A stretch of 63,606 nt of DNA, the filler included, from Octopus bimaculoides (Eukaryota), in the NCBI RefSeq assembly GCF_001194135.2. It is 6 parts of 6 records of this genome, joined end to end, with 100 filler letters (N's around TTAATTAATTAA, not from the genome) between each part and the next. Parts side by side here need not be neighbours in the genome. Positions count along the whole stretch, not along the records: positions 21,186 to 46,750 come from NC_068982.1; 5 more parts are not named here. The stretch is one strand, 5' to 3'. Below are positions 24,908 to 35,015 of the stretch, one piece after another. How positions within the stretch are numbered: the stretch's first letter is position 1; each line of letters begins with the position of its first letter. Both the position numbers and the translations under genes were made by a program. The notes beneath the pieces are model-generated. The model was not told the origin of the DNA, searched no databases, and worked only from the letters and a program-made list of their open reading frames with translations.

Positions 24908-25153
24908 TGCGCCCTTTTAAAGCCTAGCCAGGCTCATGGGCCCGGTTTCCCGGTTTCAATGGCGTATGTGTTCCTCAGCTGGACGGGACGCCAGTCCATC
25001 GCAGCGTTACTCATTTTTGCCAGCTGAGTGGACTGGAACAACGTGAAATGAAGTGTTTTGCTCAAGAGCACAACTCGTCCGCCGGTCCAGGAATCGAAAC
25101 CACAATCTTACGATCATGATGCTGATACCCTAACCACTAGGCCACGCGCCTCC
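24908..25153 (-). mobile_element. tRNA-headed SINE, family B head with a different (V-domain-like) 3' module
   Basis: Minus: GGAGGCGCGTGGCCTAGTGGTTAGGG (A box), GTTTCGATTCC (B box), ...CCAGTCCACTCAGCTGGCAAAAATGAGTA as in 8704, then CTGCGATGGACTGGCGTCCCGTCCAG...GAAACCGGGAAACCGGGCCCATGAGCCTGGCTAGGCT. Confidence 0.85.
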
Positions 25154-25319
25154 ACTCATAATAGTAGTAGTAGTCGTAATACTCGTAGTAGTTGTGGTTG
25201 CTTAGCCCAAGGCCCGTTAGACCTATGATCATAAGCATTGCCACTTATGAACAAACACGCCGATTTTTTTTTTTTACTTTTTTTTATTTTCTGTGTGATT
25301 CAGTTTTGCAGATATGTGT

Positions 25320-25600
25320 TTAGGCTGTGGCTGAATGGAGACAGAAGAGGTGAGAGGAGGAGGCATTAGCAGTGGTAATGAGCAGTAAGGTAACTGTGGT
25401 GAAGTTGATAGATATTGGTTCTTGGAGTTTTGATGATGATGATGACAGTGATGGTAATGAAGATGATGCGACTGTGAGGTTAAGAAGCTTGCTTTGCAAC
25501 CATCTGGTTTCAGATTCCGTCCCAATTCGCAGACCCTTAGGCGAGAGTCTTCTACTAAAGTTTATAGAACTTGTTTTGGAGTTTGAAAATGCACCTGAAT
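25320..25600 (-). other. Candidate terminal coding exon (unassigned, Ser-rich)
   Basis: Acceptor TTACGCTTTTCAG|, 2-nt overhang, 92 sense codons SGAFSNSKTSSINFSRRLSPKGLRIGTESETRWLQSKLL...HSATA*. The antisense frame is also open; no homology recognised. Confidence 0.3.
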
Positions 25601-25708
25601 CTGAAAAGCGTAAAGTCGTTTTTAAATAGATTTATTTTTATACCAAACTAGTTTCAACAATCTTTTGCTTATTAATGGTACAAATATATGTAAAAAGGGA
25701 GGTTATAC

Positions 25709-25763
<55 letters not shown>

Positions 25764-26062
25764 TTTGCTTATATGCGTCACCACATATTTACATATTGTA
25801 TATATACATAAACGCATATAATATTCACATATATCAAATAATGCATACACACACAACACACACGAACACACACATACACACACACATACATGCACATACA
25901 CACACAATAGGCAGACGCACAGAATCGTCGAGGACAACGACAGCATCTGTTTCGATGCACATTTCTGTGCAGGCACGCATGCACGTGCAGGCTAAATGAA
26001 CACGAACACGTGCTGCGCAAACAATTGGGCATAAAAATATCCTTATTCGTTCGGGCGTGTCT

Positions 26063-26112
<50 letters not shown>

Positions 26113-26228
26113 TGTGTCTGTGTGCGCGGGTGCCCGTGTTTCTGTACGCAACTCCTGCGGTTCTCTTCTGCATATGCTTTAGTGCGGGTGTATCTTGTGT
26201 GTATAAATGTGCGTTTGCCTATGCGCGA

Positions 26229-26291
<63 letters not shown>

Positions 26292-26790
26292 ATCGATATA
26301 TATATATATATATATATATNNNNNNNNNNNNNNNNNNNNNNNNNNNNNNNNNNNNNNNNNNNNNNNNNNNNNNNNNNNNNNNNNNNNNNNNNNNNNNNNN
26401 NNNNNNNNNNNNNNNNNNNNNNNNNNNNNNNNNNNNNNNNNNNNNNNNNNNNNNNNNNNNNNNNNNNNNNNNNNNNNNNNNNNNNNNNNNNNNNNNNNNN
26501 NNNNNNNNNNNNNNNNNNNNNNNNNNNNNNNNNNNNNNNNNNNNNNNNNNNNNNNNNNNNNNNNNNNNNNNNNNNNNNNNNNNNNNNNNNNNNNNNNNNN
26601 NNNNNNNNNNNNNNNNNNNNNNNNNNNNNNNNNNNNNNNNNNNNNNNNNNNNNNNNNNNNNNNNNNNNNNNNNNNNNNNNNNNNNNNNNNNNNNNNNNNN
26701 NNNNNNNNNNNNNNNNNNNNNNNNNNNNNNNNNNNNNNNNNNNNNNNNNNNNNNNNNNNNNNNNNNNNNNNNNNNNNNNNNNNNNNNNNN

Positions 26791-26842
<52 letters not shown>

Positions 26843-27194
26843 GGCAGGCAGACAGTTAAACAGACTGAGAGTGAGTGTATGTGCGTGTTTACGCTCTACT
26901 GATATTAGTAAGAAGATAAACAGTGTAAGACAGCTTGTTAGTTGGCTAACAAGATGGCTGACTGGTTCATATAGAGACTTTTCTGATATGAGAATATCGT
27001 TGAATATCGTTGGGAAGCGTGTGTATATGTTTACACTTGACTACGCGAGGGTGAGGGTAAAAGAGAAAGAGAGAGAGAAACAAACACACACAAAAGGGGT
27101 GGAAGTGAGAGCGAAGGAGAAGGAGAAAATTGAGGAAGAGTTTGCATATATAAAAAAGGGAGAAGAAAAGTGTGTGCATGTGTGTGTGTGTGAG

Positions 27195-27249
<55 letters not shown>

Positions 27250-27724
27250 GAGTGTGTGTGTGTGTGTGTGTGCGTGCATGCGCATTTTTAATAGAGTTAT
27301 GATTCTTTGTTGTATCTGGCACAGTCAATTGTTGGTACGATTTTATGTGTGTGTTAGATACACTGTATATCAAATATACATGTTTATATTATTGTATACA
27401 GCCTACTTACTCATTTTTGTGTACACAGATACTAACACACACACACGCACACACACGCACACACACATTAATTTGATACACAACCGAAAGGGCTACTAAT
27501 TGTTTCATGCTTTTATGATACTTGAACAGGCATATTTATAAAGTACGCCATATATCTACAAGCAATCTTTCAGGCTCAGTTTATGCGCAAGAAAGAAACA
27601 AAATCAAGAAAATTAAAACCCTTGTCCTCCCTAATTGCAGAAAGCTCATTAAATACAACTAATATGTTAAAGTTTGCAATACAGCAACTCAATCCGGAGT
27701 GGGTTGTTCCTCCAATTCGATAAA

Positions 27725-28070
27725 ACAAAACCTGTACATGTATTTACAGCTGCTAAAAATTTCAGATCTGTAATTAAGCAGTGTGTTGGAATTGTTGATC
27801 TAAGAAGAATATGAAATCTTTCTGCTACGCATAAGTTGCATTTCTTAGGGCCTTTAATTTATGGCTTAGATTTTTCCACTATTTACCCTCATGTTTGATA
27901 TAAACCTGAATTTTTGTCCCAGCAATACGCTGATCTACTTCGCCGGGACTCATAGGGCGAACTTCAGTCAAGATCTGTTGCTATATTTAATCATGTAATG
28001 AAGATTTTCAATCTCTCTACGAAGAGCCTTTGGTACATCCCAGCTTTAAGCTTCACATTCAGTTGTTGAA
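27725..28070 (-). pseudogene. Decayed Naiad-type PLE endonuclease C-terminus
   Basis: Minus strand KKCNLCVAERFHIL and LLNYRSEIFSSCKYMYRF, matching the C..C..E...I / LN.RSE....C.H end seen in this PLE group. Confidence 0.6.
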
Positions 28071-28719
28071 CTTTGTGTGTGTATGTGTGTGAGTTTTCGT
28101 GCGTGTGTGCGTGTGTGCGTGTGTGTGTGTGTGTGTGTGTGCCATACATTTAAATACTCATATTCAAAGCATTATCATCTAATTGTTAAGTTGTTAATAT
28201 ATAGACTGCATTTCCATGATATTTCTAGGTACAAGTTATGGGCTTGTGAGATAGGTTATTGATTTTTACAGAATTTAAATAAATTAGTTCGCTATTATAT
28301 AAAAATAATACGTTCTTCTCTCTGTGTTTATATGTTTCTAGTTTAATACTCCCGTTATATCTGCCCGCTAGTAACAGATTGAAGATCTGTTTTATATCTC
28401 AGTCTTTTTAGTTTGAGGATAACGAATAGTAATATATTTCTGCGAGCTTTGTGTTTAATTGCTAAACGCAGTCGTAAAAGTGGGGCCAATCTTAAATCAT
28501 TAAATAAATCCTAATTGTGAAGAACATAGCTTAGGAAATTCAGTTATAAGCTGATACAAACATTACAAATGTATATAAAGTAGCAAAATATATTTAAACA
28601 CATGAACTTATGTTGTATCAATCTGAATAAACGTAATTTGTAACTCGTTTTTTGTATTTTTGAGTTTTGTTTGCAAGATTCATGATGTTAACTCGTGTGT
28701 TGAAACAGATTTTGTTATA

Positions 28720-28940
28720 TTGGGAGGGTCCTCATACCAATAATAAGCCCACGCACTGGTTCAGTTTCACTTCTTTATCAATAGGTTAACTATTTAACCA
28801 ACTAACTAATCATTTGCTTGATTAACCATATGAGTAATCAAACAATCAATAAACAATCGATTAGTTAATTGGTCAAATAGTTAACCAATTGACGAATAAT
28901 AAAGAGATAAAATTGAACCCATGCATAATGACCCTCCCGT
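28720..28940. mobile_element. Foldback MITE, about 220 bp
   Basis: GGGAGGGTC (28722) and GACCCTCCC (28930) termini; inner arms GGTTCA...GGTTAACTATTT.ACCAA.TAACTAATC form a long imperfect inverted repeat; TA adjacent to the ends. Confidence 0.75.
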
Positions 28941-28941
28941 A

Positions 28942-29084
28942 TTACAACAAAATAATTTGTGCCCTAAACAATATTTTAGAAATAGATGAAGCCTTATCCT
29001 GATCTCTCAAACGTCCATCAGCAGTAGCAGTTTGTAATCTCAGTGGTATTCCATTTAGTTCCTGCCAAAGAGCTTTATCAGATT
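28942..29084 (-). other. Candidate coding exon (unassigned)
   Basis: Long pyrimidine tract ending GTTTCTTGTTTATCAG|, 2-nt overhang, SDKALWQELNGIPLRLQTATADGRLRDQDKASSISKILFRAQIILL*. The frame is stop-free over 28942-29217. Confidence 0.3.
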
Positions 29085-29595
29085 CTGATAAACAAGAAAC
29101 TAAGAGGTATAAAATGATAATAGTTGTGAAACAACTGCAGTAAGAAAGATAACTCTTCCAAATTGTCTTATGTGATGACAGAAGAAAACTTAATTGTTCT
29201 ACTTCGAAATAAATATTTTACATTCTTTGAGACGTTAGCAAAATTCTCCAGGATTGATGTCATACACATATAATTTGAATGTCGAAAAGAAAGCTTTCCA
29301 TAGATAGGATAATCATAAAGTTATACCCATGCTTTTTCGAAATATTGAATATTATTGAATAGATTAATTATTTGCATATGTATTCATTGTTTTTGTAGAA
29401 TTTCAGTATATGTTCAATTCTGAAATAGGAGCCATTATCATGATTTTTCAAAGCAAAATAGATTCAGAATAAAAGCATTGAAGGAAAAGAAAAAAAGATT
29501 TTACATGTCTTAATGATTTAAACGTAAATCGCTTACTGAGGATAACGTTAGTACTGTGAAAATGTTAATATCGTGGCACTATGATAATTCTTTCT

Positions 29596-29715
29596 AATTT
29601 TTGTCACAAGGCCAGCAATTTTGAGAGGAGGAAAAAGTCGATTATACTAACCTTAGGGCAGTGCTCAACTGATACTCATTTTATCGACCCGAAAACGGAA
29701 AAGATGTCAAATTTT
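29596..29715 (-). mobile_element. SINE family C, 3' fragment
   Basis: Reverse complement has GGGTCGATAAAATGAGTATCAGTTGAGCACTG and the CTGGCCTTGTG tail. Confidence 0.65.
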
Positions 29716-30364
29716 CAGTCAGCATGGTTTAGTTATAAGCGCAACAGCAGTTGCAATATATACAATTGCACAATCACTATAAAATTAATAGTACTCAATT
29801 ACTGTCGAAGATTGATAAACCAGAAACTGCGTCATCCAGCCAATCCTTGTTCACGATGAAACTGTATAATTACAGACGATCTTACAGTGTTTATTTTTCA
29901 GACTAAAAATCACATTGGAGTATACCCAAACCTAAATACAATTTCATAACGGCTTTAAAATGTAGGTGATTTGATTGCTGACAAAGATGCATAAACTAGA
30001 AACGACATCGTGCAGTCATTCATTCTTTAACTGTCTACGTCTTGTTGTACAATAAACATGCCTGTTTCATGTATCTTGTAGTTAATTAATTAATTAAACC
30101 TATTTAATTAATTTACAAATAAAGTGACAGCTAAACGTTTGGATATATCCAAACACATAAAAACATTAAAAGGACCGCATACATGCATAGGTACTAATTC
30201 TGACTCAAAATTGGTAGGAGTGACCTCGAATTTCAACTGTTAGTGTTTTTTCTAAATTGATAGCATGAATAAGTTGCTTCGCGCCGTCTCGCGCCGCTTC
30301 GCATGCCTCGTACTGTCAACAATTTACAATAAATATATATACCAAATATAATATATTTAATGAG

Positions 30365-30417
<53 letters not shown>

Positions 30418-30729
30418 ACATGTATACACATGTACATACGTACATACATACATACATACATGTGTGTGTGTTTGCATTTATGCATATGTGTGTGTGTGCA
30501 TGTATATGTAGATAGATATAGACACACATACGTACATATATACGCATGTATGCATGCATGTGGAAGCGTATGTAGGATGGGAGTTGCGCGCGTGTACATT
30601 GGAGGGAGGCCGTGCATGTGTCTGTGTGTGTGTTTATATCTGTATAATATAAAGAACAATACCATCGGCAAAAAATATATCAGAGCCGCCACTGCCGCAT
30701 TAGCATCAGCGCCAGCCCTGCATTACGCA

Positions 30730-30767
<38 letters not shown>

Positions 30768-30949
30768 TACCCCCACATGTTCGTATACACACACAGATAC
30801 ACACGCACACACACCTCCACACACAACACGTTTTCATATTCAATGTCAGTGAAGATCCCTTCATGTACTTGCAGCAGGAAAAATTTTCATAAGTTTCGCC
30901 CAGTCATGTGTGTCCGATGTTTCTTTCTCGTCTAATAACGGGAGGAAGA

Positions 30950-31685
30950 CAACGACGACGACATCGTCAGTCACAATAATAATAACAACAAAACAGTTGT
31001 AGTATTGGAAGCGGAAATAATAACAACAACATCAACAACAACAGCAACAACAACAATAACAACAACAACAATAACAGCATCTGCATTAATATAAAAAAAA
31101 ACAGCAACAACGGTGACGGAGATTATTGATAACAACAATAACGCTGATTATAGTACTTGAAGTGAAAATATGAAGCGTACCACCACCACCACCACCACCG
31201 TCATCACCGTCAACACCACCACCATCATCACCATCACCACCAGCATCATCACCAACACTACTATATCCATCACTGTCATCACTACCATCATCACTACCAT
31301 CATCACTACCACCACCATCACCACAACTATCTTCACCACCACCAGCATCGTCACCGCCACCACCGACATCATCACCAACAACAACATCACCACCACCATT
31401 ACCACCACCACCACTACCACAATCACCACCACCACCACCACCACCACAATCACCATCATTACTACTACCAGCAGCAGCAGCAGCAGCAGCAACACCAGCA
31501 GAAACAACAACAACAAAAACAGCAGCAAAGATCGCAGCCACAACATCGACAAAAGCATGAACTAAAACATCAGCAATAAGAATAGAAATATCAACAACAA
31601 CAACATTAATATCAGCAAGAACAACAACAATAACAATGACAACATAAATAATCGCCACTGACAAATAAGAACCACAACAGCATCA
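30950..31685. repeat. Compound (ACA/ACC/ATC/GCA)n array
   Basis: Direct reading. Confidence 0.9.
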
Positions 31686-32344
31686 GCGTGCCAGTGAGGG
31701 TGCAGTCACTTCTTTCTACCTTTACTACTAATATCATAATGGCCTTTGCTCCTCAGAGGTAGCTGGTCTTATGCCACCTCGATTTTCGATTCATCTGTCT
31801 CTCTTTAACTCGTCGCCCTTGTTGTATTCAATACGCCAGGCCCTCGTACGAACCACTATATGTAGACCTTCCTCCCCAGAACACCACCCCTCTGGAATTT
31901 CCTCTCTGAACATGCTTTTTTCTGCAGCTATTGTAATGTTTATATTTCCCAGCAATCTCACTTATCTAGAAGTGCCTGCGAAGGCCATGGTCACTGTCAT
32001 TACTTCTAGATCTAACTCATATAAAAAAAATATACCAGGTAATGAGTTCGAACCTAGAACCTCAAATCTGAAGAGCAAACTGTTAATCATTCGATGAAGC
32101 TTAGCATATGATTGGCTACTTAATTATGTAGATTCTTGGCGTTTCTGGGCCTGTTATAATGTTGTGCAGTGCAATTTCAGTGGAATCGTAATAGCATAAC
32201 TGTAAACAAAGACCATACACTGCTGAAGGAAACGTATTCAGTCATACGTATGATATGTGAAATGTTATACAAATTTGGGGGTAGATTTTATACTTGAGAG
32301 TACGGAAAAGGTAAGCGGATGAAAGATAGAAACTTTTAGCGCAA

Positions 32345-32645
32345 AATAATAGAAATGAAAGAGAAAATTGAGTAGGAATACATCAGAAAGGTGAAGAAGT
32401 TAATGAAGCCAAATCTAAATGGTCCGAATCTAGTGAAGGCTGTAAATACTTCGGCAGTATCGGTGCTTAGATATTCAGCAGCTTTTTGCAGATTGGACAA
32501 AATATGAATTAGAAGTAGTAGGGAATTCAATATGGACGGGGAGCTTCGACCTAGAGCAGGAATAACAAGATTGTATTTACCTAGAAAAGAAGATAGTATA
32601 GGTTTAATATCACTAGAAGACTGTGTGGAGTTAGCTAGAGTAGTT
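32345..32645 (+). pseudogene. R4/Dong-type LINE RT thumb fragment, older subfamily
   Basis: EYIRKVKKLMKPNLNGPNLVKAVNTSAVSVLRYSAAF..WTKYELE...RLYLPRKEDSIGLISLEDCVE; same region as ERLYLPRKEGRRELL in the 35011 copy. Confidence 0.75.
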
Positions 32646-32751
32646 AAAGCCTCCTAAGTAGCGAGGAAGTTTTATTAATTTTATTTTCTGACTGGCAAGA
32701 GAAGGCTTTGCGTGGTACTCTGTTGTGCGTAAATGAAATCATAACAATAAA

Positions 32752-32942
32752 CCTTTCTACTGAAAGCACAAGGCTTGAAATTTAGTGCGAGGAGACTAGT
32801 CGATTATATCGACTTCAGTGCGTAACTGGTACTTATTTCATCGACACCGCAAGGATGAAAGGTAGAGTCGACCCCGGCGGAATTTGAACTCAGAACGTAG
32901 TGACAGACGAAACACGGCTAAGTATTTCACCCGGTGTGTCTG
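32752..32942 (-). mobile_element. SINE family C
   Basis: Reverse complement: GTTCTGAGTTCAAATTCCGCCGGGGTCGACTCTACCTTTCATCCTT...GTCGATGAAATAAGTACCAG. Confidence 0.8.
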
Positions 32943-33009
32943 AAATAATAATAATAATAATAATTATTATTATTATTATTATTAATATTATTATTATTAT
33001 TATTATTTC

Positions 33010-33092
33010 AATTTTTTGCCGCAAGGACAGCTTGAGGGAGGTGGGGATGAGTCGCGTAATCGACACCGCTAAGCATTTCACCCGATGTGCCT
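33010..33092 (-). mobile_element. SINE family C, internally deleted fragment
   Basis: Head piece GGTGAAATGCTTAGCGG fused directly to tail piece GTCGATTACGCGACTC. Confidence 0.55.
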
Positions 33093-33101
33093 GAAATAAT
33101 G

Positions 33102-33147
<46 letters not shown>

Positions 33148-33197
33148 TAATAATAATAATAATGATGATGATGATGATGACGACGACAATAATAATG

Positions 33198-33247
<50 letters not shown>

Positions 33248-33249
<2 letters not shown>

Positions 33250-34174
33250 GGGTTTATCATAGCAGCCCAAGATCAATGCCTACCTATAAAGAACTACCAG
33301 GCCAACATATTANNNNNNNNNNNNNNNNNNNNNNNNNNNNNNNNNNNNNNNNNNNNNNNNNNNNNNNNNNNNNNNNNNNNNNNNNNNNNNNNNNNNNNNN
33401 NNNNNNNNNNNNNNNNNNNNNNNNNNNNNNNNNNNNNNNNNNNNNNNNNNNNNNNNNNNNNNNNNNNNNNNNNNNNNNNNNNNNNNNNNNNNNNNNNNNN
33501 NNNNNNNNNNNNNNNNNNNNNNNNNNNNNNNNNNNNNNNNNNNNNNNNNNNNNNNNNNNNNNNNNNNNNNNNNNNNNNNNNNNNNNNNNNNNNNNNNNNN
33601 NNNNNNNNNNNNNNNNNNNNNNNNNNNNNNNNNNNNNNNNNNNNNNNNNNNNNNNNNNNNNNNNNNNNNNNNNNNNNNNNNNNNNNNNNNNNNNNNNNNN
33701 NNNNNNNNNNNNNNNNNNNNNNNNNNNNNNNNNNNNNNNNNNNNNNNNNNNNNNNNNNNNNNNNNNNNNNNNNNNNNNNNNNNNNNNNNNNNNNNNNNNN
33801 NNNNNNNNNNNNNNNNNNNNNNNNNNNNNNNNNNNNNNNNNNNNNNNNNNNNNNNNNNNNNNNNNNNNNNNNNNNNNNNNNNNNNNNNNNNNNNNNNNNN
33901 NNNNNNNNNNNNNNNNNNNNNNNNNNNNNNNNNNNNNNNNNNNNNNNNNNNNNNNCCTACGTAAAATACTGTCTATGTGATCTCAAATTTTAAAACAAAC
34001 ACATAATTTTCTTATGGTTTCTTAAACATTATCTAGAACAACACTATGTACAAATCCAAATATATGGTACCCTAGGCATAACACCTACATGAACTTCTAA
34101 CTTTTTGTCTCTTGAGGTCTCTGGGTGAGACTTGTATCCAACTTGTACAAATGCAAAGCAAAAGTCAAATATAA
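33248..34174 (+). mobile_element. 5'-truncated R4/Dong-type LINE inside (TAA)n; middle lies in a gap
   Basis: Starts AAGGGTTTATCATAGCAGCCCAAGATCAATGCCTA (GFIIAAQDQCL), same as ~37141; ends LRKILSM* plus a 3' UTR closely similar to 37360-37531; (AAT)n on both sides. Confidence 0.85.
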
Positions 34175-34196
34175 AATAATAATAATAATAATATTG

Positions 34197-34261
<65 letters not shown>

Positions 34262-34280
34262 GATAATAATGATAATCATC

Positions 34281-34519
34281 CTTAAACAACCATTATTCAG
34301 GGACCTTCTGAGTAGGATGGGCTACTCTACCTGAAGAAAATTCTAACTGGGCCCCACCTGCAAGGTCATGCGCTGGTTATCTTCATATGAGATCACCATG
34401 TCGCGCACATATGGTTGTGATCCATGTACCTCGTTTACCCTTATCAGACGAGTAGTCATGATGGGCTTCGTATATTTTACCCCAGTGTCACTTTGATGGC
34501 ATGCGCTGCTCTCTCACTC
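34281..34519 (+). mobile_element. Short non-coding (AAT)n-tailed retro-element or LINE 3' end, unassigned
   Basis: Higher-GC 240-bp block between AAT arrays, ending GCATGCGCTGCTCTCTCACTC-(AAT)n; internal hairpins GAGTAG/CTACTC and GACCTT/AAGGTC. Confidence 0.45.
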
Positions 34520-34551
<32 letters not shown>

Positions 34552-34564
34552 CAACAACAACAAC

Positions 34565-34922
34565 GAGAGCACTCAGAGAGCGCAAACCTCCGCCAGAGCA
34601 ACACCAACGTCCTCTCAACGATTAGCCGGAGATGATTTTTAAATGAGAATATCTGAAATAAACTCGACTACTCTAACAAACGGGAATACTAAAAATGAAC
34701 CCGACCGCTCTCAAAAATTAAGTAAAAAAAAAACGGAAACATAATCCAGAATCCTTGTTCAGTACCAGATCGATCCCAAAATCTAATCAGTTCGTGCCAG
34801 TCACGGGGCCAAACATCCCTGAAAGTTTAATCCGAATCCATCCAGAGGTTCTTGAGATATCTTGTCCCCGGACAAACAAACAAACAAACAAACACGACTG
34901 AAAACAATACCTCTGCCTTCAC
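34565..34922 (-). mobile_element. Non-autonomous Helentron/DINE-like element, one end truncated
   Basis: GAGAGCACTCAGAGAGCGCAAACCTCCGCC at one end; (CAAA)n microsatellite then GAAAACAATACCTCTGCCTTC at the other. Class assignment is inferred from layout. Confidence 0.45.

Positions 34923-35010
<88 letters not shown>

Positions 35011-35015
<5 letters not shown>

Noticed and set aside
31771-32030. GC-richer block with 108-aa plus-strand ORF and minus-strand frame REEIPEGWCSGEEGLHIVVRTRAWRIEY
   Set aside because: Could be a LINE ORF1 relic, but has stops and no motif I can name.
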